A stretch of 64,000 nucleotides of DNA. It comes from Priapulus caudatus. Its lineage: Eukaryota. A model generated the notes under the pieces. It saw only the letters and a program-made list of their open reading frames with translations. It did no database searches and was not told the DNA's origin. Below are positions 54,001-63,545 of this stretch, piece by piece. Within the stretch, counting starts at the first letter, position 1. Every line of letters starts with the position of its first letter. The stretch covers positions 646,190-710,189 of the forward strand of contig NW_014577092.1 of the NCBI RefSeq assembly GCF_000485595.1, written 5' to 3'. Position numbers and translations under genes: made by a program.

Positions 54001-57000
54001 GGGCCGCCAAGATCCCGCTTCATCCCCCCGCTCCACTTCCAGAAACGCTTTATCTCAAAGCTTGCCGCGCTCATTTCCGAATAAGTCGGTTTTCCGATCT
54101 TCAAGAATTGCTGTAATTCGTCAAATTCTTGTAGATAATAGAGGCCAAATTATATATCATTTTTAAAGGTAATTAAAATGATCTATTCAGATATGCCACA
54201 GAGGGACGCGAGAGAGAGGGCCTACCTAATCCTGGTTTCTGCTGGAGCGGGTCACAGTTTGATTTAACGACCTGCACGTTTTGCAAACCATAGGGTAACA
54301 AGTCGGTAAAAATACTCCGCCATATGAAATTATCCATGCGCACGCTGACAGAAACTCTCAGGGTCCCGAGATGAATATCTACATTAAAAGGCCACAATGC
54401 GCATCCAAAAACGCGTAATTTTCTCCAGTACATGAGACCGTAGCAAGAGTACTTCGTGTCATGCATAATCACACTACCTTATGACAAAATAAACTCTATT
54501 GCTCCCATTTCACATGCGCGTTTGCTTAAAAACCCACAAGAAAGAGGTGAGAAAAACTGGCATCCTGGCGCAAACGCCGACTGTTTCCCAAACAAAATAG
54601 CCTCGAAGTGGTGACGTGACGTCACATGTTTTTATCTTTGCTGCGCCCGTACCGCTGTACCGCCGCACCGCTGCACGGTTGCTTGGGGATTAAGGAAACT
54701 GTCAACAACATCGGAGAATTTCAACAACATTGGAGGTATTTTCAAAATACCTTTTATAAGACAACGCGCAGTGAAATGGGAGGAACTAGAGTTTATTTTG
54801 CCATAAGGTAGTATGATTATGCATGACACGAAGTATTTGCTAGTCTAGTACTGGAGAAATTAGCGTTTGAATGCGCATTGTGAGCCTTTAATTGCACAAC
54901 CGTGCCCAGCATTATAGGATTTCTGTCGCGCATGCTAATTAGGAAACAAGCTAGCCAATCTGGTATACGTCGCAGAATTATTAATACTATGTGAATATTT
55001 ATGAAAATCAATCCGAAATAGCACACGATAGCGTAGCGTGCATGTGCAAGGCTGCCACAGACAACACACAAAAAAATTTCTCTCTAAAGTTTTTCTCCGA
55101 ATAAACATACATTTTCCTAACCAAACGCACGACGAAAAAACAAGAACTTCTACTCGAAGGCTCTCCGCCTAGCCGTTCTCGCTGGTCGCTATAATTAATT
55201 ATACTAATTAAAAATATGAAGACTAACAAGAAGTCGAAGATGTAGCGTGACCGTATATTCGCGTCAGCACCTAGCAACAATGGGTGGGAGGACACACGTG
55301 TGGTTGCAAATCCCACATCTAAAGCCCGGCGCACACGTGAGTATTTTTACTCAAGTAAAATGACGCATGCGTCAAAATACTCACGCGAAATATTTTCAGC
55401 GTCTGCCGCACACGTGAGTAAAATTACTCAAGGTATAAGTGGTAATGCAGATCACGTGACTGTGCGCAGCCAATACTGGGCGCACAATGATTTAAACGCA
55501 TGCGCTGTGAGTACCAGTGTTGAGTAGATTTACGCAGCTAGCGCGCACACGTATTTAGACGCATGCATAATTTTACTTGAGTAAAATTACTCACGTGTGC
55601 GCCGGGCTTTACACACAACAACCGCTGGCGACGGCAGCGACAGCAGAAGGAGCGTACCTACACGCGTATATGCAGCATGTTCTGCTAGAATCTATGACAA
55701 ATACGACATACGCATATACGCTCTCCTATGACACTATTTGTCATGGAAAGATTCTTCCTATTACAAATATTGCCGAGTCAACTTCGTTCCGTTTTACAGC
55801 TGAAATGTACTACATCATAATAGCGCTCCTAAACTCCTATGATGCCCACAACACATACAACAATATTTGTCATAGGAAGAATCTTGCTATGACAACTAGT
55901 GTCATAGGAGAGCGTATATGCGTATATCGTATTTGTCATAGATGCTAGCAGCACAGGCTGTTCTCATATCGCTTGCGCCTTCAGCAAAACGAACCCCAAA
56001 CAATCATCAGCGCATCTTCAATGCGATGAAATCGATGAGAAGCAGATAAAAGCAGGAGCAGAAACATCTCCAGCTCTACTGCGGGGACGGCGAGAAACAA
56101 GCGGGGCTCTGTTGTAAGCTAGGTTTACACTACCGACTTTATGTTGGCGAATTGGCCAGGTGGACCAATTTCGCAATTCGGCAACTCCGAGTTGGCGAAA
56201 ATAGTTGCTCTCGATCGGTTGGTCGCGCATCTTTTACGTTTACACTGCCGATTGTCGGTTGTATAGTTGGGATGTTCGTCCAATTCGCCAACACAAAGTC
56301 GGTAGTGTAAACCCAGCTTTAGATGCAGACGCGGCAACCGATTAACCACTGCGTGAAGAGGCGTCGACAAATGACAGCACATCAATAAACTTCTCAGCGA
56401 CGAATATGTCTCTACTAGACTTATATGCGAGAGTTGCGCGGTTATTGTAAAGCTGTCGAAATATGAATCGAAATATAAAATGCAATCGAAATGGAACACG
56501 TATATAGGTGGCACACAACGGTAGCCATCCGTAAATTGTTCACCGTTGGACTATTTCGTCTCTGGAAAAGGCATTCTTTAGAATTTTTTTGCGGTAAAAT
56601 TCTGAACTAGAATGCACTAATTTGCATTATGCACGCAAGGTAGATGCCTCGTGGACGTCTAGAAGGCATTCGAAGTAGGATTGGTCGTGGCGTGTAATTG
56701 TGCTATTCCGTCAAGTGGTGTAGCCATGGTGACCGGTCGGCCATTTTTGTGTTTAAAACGGGACCCGACTACTCGAAAGTTTCGAGCGAGGTATAGAGCT
56801 TAAATCTGTGGTTATTTAGCATGAATATAGTGTATGTTGTGTATGCGACGAAACTCTCTGAGTATTTTTAATTAATTTCTGTTTGATGCTTATTCAGGCT
56901 TGCTGCCTATGGAAGCCTTCTACTGTTGTACAACACCTATAATTCGTTCCGTTGTTAAACATGGCAGGCCGCGCACAGAGTGTGATCAGTGAGCATCAAA

Positions 57001-58592
57001 GTATCGCCGAGCTAATGGAAACACCGTCGTAAGTACCAACAAAATAGAACGCCGACGCTAAAATACTCTCCCTGCGGTGTGCTCGAGCCTAACCGCGGCC
57101 GAACACTAAAGAAACGATGACTTCATGTTAGTCAGTGTTTCTACGTGTATTCACGTTATACCGACTCTCTTCTACGTTCTTAACGCAATAACGTTAATCA
57201 CTTTAAACACTCGCCAGATTACAGCAACAGAGCAATTCGAGCAAATTTCTCAGTGATTTCGAAAGTTTTGTCAATAATTCAAACACACTCGCAATTGATG
57301 GATTTCCTAGTCCATCCTGATGTCCTGAACAACATGATAACGACTACAATAGAATGCTAAAAATAGTCGCTAAAAAAGGAGCGGCGCTGACGGACCCCCT
57401 ATATCACGACTACATACGACTACGAACATCAAAACAATACAAAATCGACAAAAATCGTTCGACGGAGATAAGCTATCATGTCCTCCACTCGCCAGACCGC
57501 GTAATCCGCAGGCGATATCGCCGTTGACTCACACATCTAGTCTTGTTGCAGTCAAGCCTAATGCATCTACACCCGTCAGCGGAAAAATATCCGCCTTAAA
57601 TCGGCAGTCCTAGCGGCGATATATATACATATATATATATATATCAGAAGTAGATAATAGGGAAGGAGTGTAGTCAATAGATAAGGGAAATTCGTCATTT
57701 ACTAGCCTTAGAATACCTGCGATTTACTACGCGTAACTCAACCAACTTGAGCTCAAATCGTACACAGTACATTCGCCTAGCATCGTGCGAAATCGTTTCT
57801 TCGTATACACCCGCAATCCGGAGATACAGTCTAAAACGTACGACACGATTCTCCATTCTGTTGCCAGCAAATCGACTCCATAACCCGCCTAACTTGAAAC
57901 AATAGGCAGCTACTAACGACTCTTGGGCACTCTTGCGCCCTCGGCGATGCGGTGTGGCTCGCTTGGAGATTGGACATCCACGCAACCCTCGGCGAGCTAA
58001 TCTTTGACCTATTTACAGCTGGTATGCCCCCACGCATGCACGCCTACCGCAATCAGCAGCAGCTCCAGCTCCAATCTCCCAGGCGAATGATGCTAGGCGA
58101 ATGTACTGTGTACGATTTGAGCTCAAGTTGGTTGAGTTACCCGTAGTAAATCGTAGGTATTCTAAGGCTAGTAAATGACGAATTTCCCTTGTTTATTAAA
58201 GTCACACTCCTTCCCTAATATCTACTTCTGATATACATATATATACATACATATATAAGCGTAGCCGCATACATATTCGCGTTATATGACGTTGAGAAAA
58301 CAGCAGCTGGCGCTCCTGCTTCTCGGTTTATACGCTAAACAGCTTCGCCACACACACACGCACGCACGCACGCATACACACATGCACGCACGCACGCGCG
58401 CACACACGCACGCGCGCACGCACGTACGTATACGCACGCATTCACGCGCGCCCGGCACACGCACGTACACACGACCCGGGCACACACACGCACACACGCA
58501 CGCACCCCGCACGCACGTACGTACGCACGCATTCACGCGCGCCGCACACGCACGCACACACACACACACGCACGCACACACACGCACGTACG

Positions 58593-58627
<35 letters not shown>

Positions 58628-60177
58628 ACACCCACACATACACACACACACACACACAACACACACACACACACACGAACACCCACACATACACACACAC
58701 ACAACACACACACACACACACACACACACACGCCACACACACACACACGAACACACACACACACACACACGCGCGCGCACGCGAGTATCTAATGATCACA
58801 TCGCTGTCATCATTGCCGCGAGGGGGCGCGTCAGCACGCATCACATCGACAACTCTCCTACGAAAGATCATATTATATAGCGACCACTCATCCGAAATCA
58901 CGTGCAATGACGTGTAGTATACGCAACGGAGCGGAACGTCCGCCATTTTAGGAAGCAAAACCCGCTCGCCTCGCTCCGCGTCTGTTTGATATACATAGAA
59001 ATAATATAGCTATCCATGGTTACATATATATATATATATATATCTATATATATATCTATATATATATATGGTTTATCTATATTATTTCTATGGTTTGATA
59101 TGCCTATCGCGGTGTAATCAGTGTTGTGGGGGAACAGTACGTGCATATGAGTACGTGTGTGATACCATAAAAGTGCAAATATATAGGCTCTATCTTTAAT
59201 TAATTTTCTTATCTTATTTTTTTATTTTTTTAAATTCCACTTCTACCCTAGCAATAAGAAATAAGAACCTTTTTATATTACAATACATGCTATACAACCT
59301 TGTACATTTTCCTCCTTTTAATATTATTATGAAACAAGCTCTAACTTTTCAAAGATGCATTTGATATTCTGATGGTGCTGAATCTAGTCATAATAAAGAG
59401 TTGACATAAAATATTATATTAGTGCAATGAATGAATATAATGTCAATGATTCACTATAACAATAGCTTATATCATTCTTTTGCCATGTCTATAACAACAT
59501 CAAGTTCTTGACCAAGAGTCATTACATTCGATGTATTAACGTGCGATGATACCATAAAAGTGCAAATATAGGCTCTATCAATTCATTTTATTTTATTTAA
59601 ATTCCTCCCCCCGGCAGTAAGAAACAAGGTATGACGAATTGGTACACAGCAGACAGTTGCACAGCAGCAGATACAGCAGCATCCGGGAACTTCGTGTGAA
59701 CCTGCTTACTAAAATGGCGCTTGTATTGACCCATGACCTACTACGCTGTAATTGGAGAGTAGTCTATCTTGCGCCTCCGGCACTATACGATCTTTGTCTC
59801 CTACTACGCTCTCACAACTAAAGTGGCAATCTCCTAATGCGGGTACTTTAGCAGCCGGAGTCCCCCCTCCGTCTCACGCTGCGGCTCCCTGAGAGTACAT
59901 AGAAATAATTATGGGCACAACGTCGGCAGGCCAGGTGATAATCATTGGACGCGACAAACGTAATGTAATTGAAGAGAACACCTTGGTTACACGCGTACAC
60001 ATATGTTTGCGCAGTAGTATAACGAATGTTCGACTGCCATATACCTAATGATGCCATTTACACACCACACACATACACACACACACGCACACGCACACGC
60101 ACACGCACACGCACACGCACACGCACACGCACACGCACACGCACACGCACTCGCACACGCACACGCACACGCCACAC

Positions 60178-60231
<54 letters not shown>

Positions 60232-61779
60232 TACATTTATATATATATATATATATATTATATATTACGCATGCACACATGTTCACGCAGTATAGTATAA
60301 CGAATGTTCGACCGCTATATACCTAACTATGCCCTTATTAGGTCTATATATGACAAACGATGTCCAATTTTCCATATCTAATGATGACGCTGCGCAATTT
60401 CAAAATCCACCGTGTGATCACTGATTGCGCATATCACCACGTTGCAACCTAATACACACGCATACACAACCACATACATACCCACCTATCTACACGACTA
60501 GGTATTCTACGTAATGAAAGATATTCAAGCATTATTATACATGTAGCATACGACGAAGCCAGACGAGGTACTCAGTAAATATGGAGATTCTACGCTTTTA
60601 TCATACTCTTCGCCCAGCCCGCGTTTACGCAGGGCCGTAGGCTGAGCAAATTCCTAAGGGGGGGTAGTGGCGGATCCAGGATTTCAAGGAGGGGTTGAGA
60701 AACAGGGGTCTGTGAGTACTCCCACAGAAAATTTAAAAAATGTAGATAGCAGGAGATATTTGAGTATTTGAGGCACCTTTGAGTACATGTACAGCCTTCA
60801 TTCTGACTACGACAATTCTCTTTCAGTAGAACAATATCTTTTTTTTTTATTTTGCTCCAAAATCTACTCCCCCGCAGGCTACGGCCCTTGACTACGTGCT
60901 GTCCACTAACTTCTTAGCTGAACACGCTAAGACAACAGTCTTGAGCGAACACCCGTTCATTGTGCATCCTCATCGGTTTGTAGATACCACCGTGTCTACG
61001 AACTAACCGCCGCCACGCCACGCTTACACATGCGTTAGCATTTTCACTAAGCATCACTCTTTAAGACACATCTAGCCTTACAGACCAACCCCGCTGGCAC
61101 TATCAGCTCTGTCGCTTCCTGTCACTGCACAGCATACACGCGAGCTCGTCAATTGTATATACATACGCCTATTTCGCGCTATACGCAGACACGAACGTTC
61201 TCACTGTCTCACACTCCTCCTCCCATCTCATCCGGCTCCTTATCCTCCTTCTCCTCACCCCTTCCTCCTATTCCTCCGCTTCCTCCACCCCGTCGCTTAC
61301 ATCACGATAACATCTCACACGTACGAGGTCCACCTCGTACCATACACTGACGCCACGCTCCCACCACACCCCACGTCCGCCGCACTTACGCGATGGCGGC
61401 GAACACGTCGAGGGACATCTCAATGCCATAGACTGCCGCTGCGCCCCCCCCCGCACCCCACTTACGCGATGGCGTCGATCACGTCGAGGCCCATCTCGTG
61501 CCCATAGACTGCCGCCACGCCCTACCGCACCCCACTTACGCGATGGCGTCGATCACGTCGAGGCCCATCTCGATGCAGCATGCGGCGTGGTCGGAGCGCG
61601 CCTCCGGTATGCCGCAGACGCAGTAGTAGCAGTCGCCGAGGATCTTGATGCGCAAGCAGTGGTTCTCCTGCGCCAGCTTGTCGAAGCGGGCGAACAGCTC
61701 GTTGAGCAGCCTGACGAGCTCCTGCGCCGTACACTGCGACGACAGCTGCGTGAAGCCGCAGATGTCCGCGAATAGGATG
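815..61779 (-). CDS. ADCY5: Membrane adenylate cyclase type 5/6-like, partial multi-exon gene (C1a to start of C2a; 5' and 3' ends outside window)
   Basis: Eleven GT-AG exons translated by hand. Motifs include [62 protein letters not shown] and [20 protein letters not shown]. The [15 protein letters not shown]1b block is typical of AC5/6. Strict ADCY5 versus ADCY6 orthology is not resolvable here. Confidence 0.93.
1506..1634. mobile_element. Short TA-flanked MITE (Tc1/mariner-pogo-like)
   Basis: TA|CTGTATACGC...GCGTATGCAG|TA termini with internal TTCGCG / CGCGAA repeats. Confidence 0.7.
2070..2186 (-). CDS. ADCY5: Adenylate cyclase exon, coiled-coil before C2a ([39 protein letters not shown])
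   Basis: cgttacag acceptor and GAG|gtgaca donor, 117 nt, phase 0-0. NILP.HVA.HFL motif. Absent from the ORF track. Confidence 0.95.
4187..4281. repeat. (GACA)n microsatellite
   Basis: Read directly. Confidence 0.95.
5587..6205. mobile_element. Foldback element with ~110 bp outer and ~80 bp inner inverted repeats
   Basis: ggtacctctgtaaagggcattgcaacataactgctcaccaaattcaatcaaac at the left end has its reverse complement at about 6150-6205. ttctcaaaaacagcagagttgggac has its reverse complement at about 6005-6030. Confidence 0.85.
7408..7625. mobile_element. MITE-like element with GCGTTCACACG / CGTGTGAACG inverted motifs; related copy at about 110-232
   Basis: Shared aaatccggtattt, aaataccg and cgtgtgaacg motifs in inverted arrangement. 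Confidence 0.55.
9913..10088 (-). CDS. ADCY5: Adenylate cyclase exon, TM10-11 ([17 protein letters not shown]...[14 protein letters not shown])
   Basis: gttgcag acceptor and GG|gtaggc donor, 176 nt, phase 0-2. YFT...KL.LM...LFDN.D.L pattern. Confidence 0.93.
10238..10706. mobile_element. Half copy of the same MITE (reverse complement of 18706-19155)
   Basis: Ends ...ccctattatctactcctg followed by (AT)n. Confidence 0.8.
10775..11576. repeat. 10-bp CpG-rich minisatellite (GTGTACGTGC)n in two blocks
   Basis: Blocks at 10775-11165 and 11355-11576, ending at an N gap. Confidence 0.92.
11805..12610. repeat. ~198-bp tandem duplication followed by a ~41-bp minisatellite
   Basis: atggccggtaggaaagtg-like start at about 11807, 12005 and 12201. 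tggcttca..cagtaga.agtgatat units at 12324-12600. Confidence 0.85.
12617..13320. repeat. Polypyrimidine (CCT/CT) low-complexity tract
   Basis: Read directly. Confidence 0.95.
14715..15262 (+). mobile_element. Non-autonomous Helentron/HINE-like element with three internal ~100 bp repeats
   Basis: Left end ggagagcacagacctcc, repeated ccatttctgacctatcctgaaaattt, an acaaacaaac tract, and right end ...ctttgcggaggtatt, inverted relative to acctcc. Family assignment is from recollection of HINE architecture. Confidence 0.5.
16260..18695 (+). repeat. Direct duplicate of about 7725-10155
   Basis: Collinear throughout. The second copy differs mainly by 1-nt indels. Both ends lie in microsatellites. 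Confidence 0.95.
18451..18622 (-). pseudogene. Frameshifted duplicate of the TM10-11 exon (probably assembly artefact)
   Basis: Same sequence as 9913-10088 but 4 nt shorter through three small deletions. Lies inside a ~2.4 kb duplicated block. Confidence 0.85.
18706..19478. mobile_element. Long-TIR MITE inserted in (TA)n
   Basis: CAGGAGTAGATAATAGGGAAGGAGTGTGAC ... GTCACACTCGTTCCCTATTATCTACTCCTG, with arms over 250 bp and TA microsatellite on both sides. Confidence 0.88.
20029..20187 (-). CDS. ADCY5: Adenylate cyclase exon, extracellular loop ([11 protein letters not shown]...[12 protein letters not shown])
   Basis: cccacttcag acceptor and GAG|gtaacg donor, 159 nt, phase 0-0. Three N-x-S/T sequons (NTT, NIT, NVS), ending in the conserved FPE. 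Confidence 0.9.
20915..21031 (-). CDS. ADCY5: Adenylate cyclase exon, TM9 ([39 protein letters not shown])
   Basis: tatttcgcag acceptor and CTG|gtaagt donor, 117 nt, phase 0-0. Resembles AC5/6 LFP..LQ.LSR.I.RS...NM. Confidence 0.88.
21510..22007. mobile_element. Tourist/Harbinger-like MITE
   Basis: TIR AGCCCGGCGCACACGTGAGTAATTTTACTC with TA/TAA flanks and an internal ~100 bp tandem duplication. Confidence 0.85.
24100..24664. repeat. Noisy (GA)n tract ending at an N gap
   Basis: Read directly. Confidence 0.95.
25545..25642 (-). CDS. ADCY5: Adenylate cyclase exon, TM7 ([33 protein letters not shown])
   Basis: cttttgcag acceptor and AG|gtatgt donor, 98 nt, phase 0-2. Hydrophobic helix follows YS...D..F..Y..C. 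Confidence 0.92.
25850..26365. mobile_element. MITE-like element carrying ~5.5 tandem 60-bp units
   Basis: Unit gacgggaaatatgtgaaaagggaggtctccggtgcggaaaaaagtaggacctatgcgccga. ggtatgtgcc and ggcacatact are inverted near the ends, and the terminus is gtacccccccccggg. Confidence 0.65.
26603..27061. repeat. Near-perfect 167-bp inverted repeat with 125-bp spacer
   Basis: 26603-26769 is the reverse complement of 26895-27061, with one mismatch seen. Confidence 0.95.
27650..28185. repeat. ~100-bp tandem repeat (about 6 units) containing the 3' end and donor of the exon at 28162
   Basis: Recurrent aagctaccttctcctctatctcgtgcttgc core. Confidence 0.9.
28162..28312 (-). CDS. ADCY5: Adenylate cyclase exon, C1b ([50 protein letters not shown])
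   Basis: gttgtcag acceptor and AAG|gtagct donor, 151 nt, phase 2-0. Contains the AC5/6-type motif. Confidence 0.95.
29844..29953 (-). CDS. ADCY5: Adenylate cyclase exon, C1b ([37 protein letters not shown])
   Basis: tttcttatag acceptor and AG|gttagt donor, 110 nt. Phase 0-2 bridges its neighbours exactly. QRTN and KMGF resemble AC5/6 C1b. Confidence 0.85.
31010..32000. repeat. 31-bp minisatellite (GGTTAGTAGGAACCTATAAGAACACCACAGT)n, decaying rightwards; short copy at 24815-24990
   Basis: Read directly. Confidence 0.92.
32359..32490 (-). CDS. Candidate cassette exon in C1b ([44 protein letters not shown])
   Basis: tatccacag acceptor and CTG|gtaaga donor. 132 nt, stop-free, phase 0-0 inside a phase-0 intron, and GC-richer than its flanks. 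No homology that I recognise. Confidence 0.4.
35192..35336 (-). CDS. ADCY5: Adenylate cyclase exon, end of C1a ([48 protein letters not shown])
   Basis: cacgcag acceptor and AAG|gtatgt donor, 145 nt, phase 2-0. Matches the RIHIT...EPG.G..RN.Y....IETF consensus. Confidence 0.95.
36890..37090. repeat. (TCA)n/(TCT)n trinucleotide tract
   Basis: Read directly. Source of the poly-Ser ORF. Confidence 0.95.
37966..39250. mobile_element. Element with inverted terminal arrays of CCCCGGACAATTAC-like units around a purine/pyrimidine-biased core
   Basis: C-rich units at 37970-38330 and G-rich reverse-complement units at 38880-39250. Confidence 0.65.
39720..40445. repeat. 30-bp minisatellite (CTTACCCAGGCAGTCTGCGCATGCTCTTTG)n containing the exon 3' end and donor; second copy at 51745-52640
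   Basis: About 15 clean units from 40001 to 40445, plus degraded units to the left. Confidence 0.95.
40435..40596 (-). CDS. ADCY5: Adenylate cyclase exon, C1a ([54 protein letters not shown])
   Basis: ctctcgcag acceptor and GG|gtaagc donor, 162 nt, phase 2-2. Classic class III cyclase signature. Not called in this frame by the ORF track. Confidence 0.96.
41480..50440 (-). repeat. Inverted, error-rich duplicate of about 53790-62180
   Basis: Exon, MITEs and microsatellites all recur in mirror order. Confidence 0.92.
41880..42170 (+). pseudogene. Heavily degraded inverted copy of the C1a exon 61540-61779 (probably raw long-read sequence)
   Basis: Recognisable fragments ggacatctgcg, caggagaacc-like, gatcaagatc, cggcgactg and ctactgg, followed by gcgtaag donor repeats. 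Confidence 0.8.
50441..50465. other. Assembly gap (25 N); 10-N gaps also at 11577-11586 and 24665-24674
   Basis: N runs in the sequence. Confidence 1.
51280..53770 (+). repeat. Direct duplicate of about 39270-41415
   Basis: Collinear from ctgctgctatgcgttgtctcgtc to gactaagtcgcaag. Confidence 0.92.
52630..52800 (-). pseudogene. Indel-ridden duplicate of the C1a exon 40435-40596 (probably raw long-read sequence)
   Basis: catgttgttggcgagagtgacgtcattcg... matches the exon with many single-base insertions. Confidence 0.85.
53711..54256. mobile_element. MITE with TGTGACCCGCTCCAGCA terminal inverted repeats
   Basis: Left tgtgacaccgctccaagca and right tgctggagcgggtcaca. The same terminus occurs at 41376 and about 50029. 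Confidence 0.65.
54388..54887. mobile_element. TTAA-flanked MITE with ~130 bp TIRs (Kolobok-like termini)
   Basis: TTAA|AAGGCCACAATGCGCAT ... ATGCGCATTGTGAGCCT|TTAA. Confidence 0.7.
55323..55608. mobile_element. Shorter copy of the AGCCCGGCGCACACGTGAG MITE
   Basis: Same TIRs with TAA/TTA flanks. Mirrored, degraded copy at about 48657-48954. Confidence 0.85.
55683..55950. mobile_element. Small foldback/MITE
   Basis: tgctagaatctatgacaaatacgacatacgcatatacgctctcctatgacacta is inverted at 55898-55950. Confidence 0.75.
56117..56318. mobile_element. Tourist/Harbinger-like MITE
   Basis: AGCTAGGTTTACACTACCGACTTT ... AAAGTCGGTAGTGTAAACCCAGCT with TA-type flanks. A related terminus occurs at about 62955. 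Confidence 0.75.
57645..58230. mobile_element. Second member of the (TA)n-inserted long-TIR MITE family
   Basis: CAGAAGTAGATAATAGGGAAGGAGTGT ... ACACTCCTTCCCTAATATCTACTTCTG flanked by TA runs. Mirrored, degraded copy at about 45837-46445. Confidence 0.85.
60630..60890. mobile_element. Possible hAT-like MITE
   Basis: CAGGGCCGTAG ... CTACGGCCCT termini. No 8-bp TSD recognised. Confidence 0.45.
61290..61571. repeat. ~75-bp tandem repeat containing the 3' end and donor of the exon at 61540
   Basis: cacttacgcgatggcg at 61533, 61459 and 61383, with a degraded fourth unit. Confidence 0.9.
61540..61779 (-). CDS. ADCY5: Adenylate cyclase exon, C1a catalytic domain N-half (ILFADICGF...GLDVIDAI)
   Basis: cccgcag acceptor and GC|gtaagt donor, 240 nt, phase 2-2. 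Contains both metal-binding Asp motifs (FADI, GDCY). Confidence 0.96.
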
Positions 61780-63545
61780 CTGCGGGAGAGACGAAGAGGT
61801 GAAGCCATGAATCCGCAGATGTCCGCAAACAGGATGCTGAGGAAGAGACGAAGAGAGGTGAAGCCACGCAAGACGAGCGAGATGGGGTGATAATACAGAG
61901 AAGGGGGAACGAAGAGATGTGAAGACGGGCGTCGAGGTGATAATACAGAGAAGGGGGAACGAAGAGAGTTATACAAGATAGTTACATCAAAGCGTACAAG
62001 CAATACGACCACATTGCGTAAAGTGCACCACACAAAAGATTGCTAAATTGTTAGTAATTATTATGTTGCTATAAGAGATTGTTAGCGTGATGCTCACAAT
62101 CTTCTGACGGCGTAATTCGTTTAACCATAAAGACACTACACGATTTAATTCATCCTTGACCGCAAAAGCTTTTAGGATTGGCACACGTTTTATACTCGTT
62201 AGTGCGTTGATGTGTGTGTTGATTATAGAGGAGACGCACACAAATCAGCGTCATATAATAGCTGCGCGTAGATTATTTTCGTTTCGGGAAAAAAGACTAG
62301 GGCTTGAAAAAACAATTTTTTATCGATTTATCATTATGGTCTCAATTTTTTTCAGTTTTTCCCGGCGACATTTTCTAGGTAGTTTATCTTTAAATTAGCA
62401 TGAGTTCCGCGGCATAATTTCTAATTCCGTTGTTAGTGCATGTTCCATCATCAGGCTATGCGTATCTCTGCGAGCGTAACTACAATTAGGCAATGGCCGA
62501 GAGAAAAAAATTGGTGCCCATGTTCAATTTCATTTTCAAAGACGGTATGGAACTTGCACGCAATCTGGTCTGTCTACGCTTAGAAAGAGTTTTCAGCTGG
62601 GGTTTGTATCAATATACATCAATATATACATATATTTATTAATGATTTGGTTAGGATGACGATAGATAGACCCTTTTCCTCGATTGATAGATATATACCA
62701 AATTGCGTGCAAGTTCCGTCTACGAAAATGAACTTATAGAATATATAATGTCAAACGTGTATTTAACAATAAGACATTACAAATTTAAAACTAAATTACC
62801 GGAGCCTGAATTAACTAAATTAAAACTAAATTATGTTCATAAGTCAGATCCCAGGTATCGGCGACTCGCGGTCGAGAATGTAAATGCTTTGAACAGCCGA
62901 TAGAAAGGTTGATAGAACGTTGAAAAGTTTATCAACTCGTCGACTTTTCGATAGTGTACACCCAGCTTTAACCGCACTGCTTCAGTGCTATCCGGTGTTT
63001 CCCCCAGTGCTTAAACTTGCGCTTACATTTACGTTAAGAAATATGGTGGGATTTCCGTGGAAGCCAGGATTTCAAAAAACAATTTCCGACCAGGCGAATT
63101 TCGTAGTATTTCGATAATTTGACATTGTAATGTTGTACTGTGATGCGTCTGTTCGCTGGGGGTTAGCTCGATGAATGCCCGTTGCACGGTCCTCAAATCA
63201 ATCTATCAGTCCGCAGTGACGGTGTGACGTAAAGTGCCGATGCCTGGCAGATGTGGCTTATATAGCGGCAACGCCTAACCGGATTAGTGAGAGCTAGATT
63301 TTGTCGGAAAACTATTTTGGCGGGAACCAGTAAGCGATGCTGGCGTGCCTCTGTTAGGAGATGCTATCTAATCTGACATTGTCTTAAACGCTAAGCGTCG
63401 CGTAGGCCTCCTTCGTCAAGCCATCTTTTCTCTGGCGCGAGCTGTCAAGTGCGTCCGTCATTGTCTTATCTAATTCTCTTGTCTTGTCTTGTCTTGTCTA
63501 ATTCGATTGTCTTGTCTTGTCAATGTCATCGTCAACTCTAAAACG

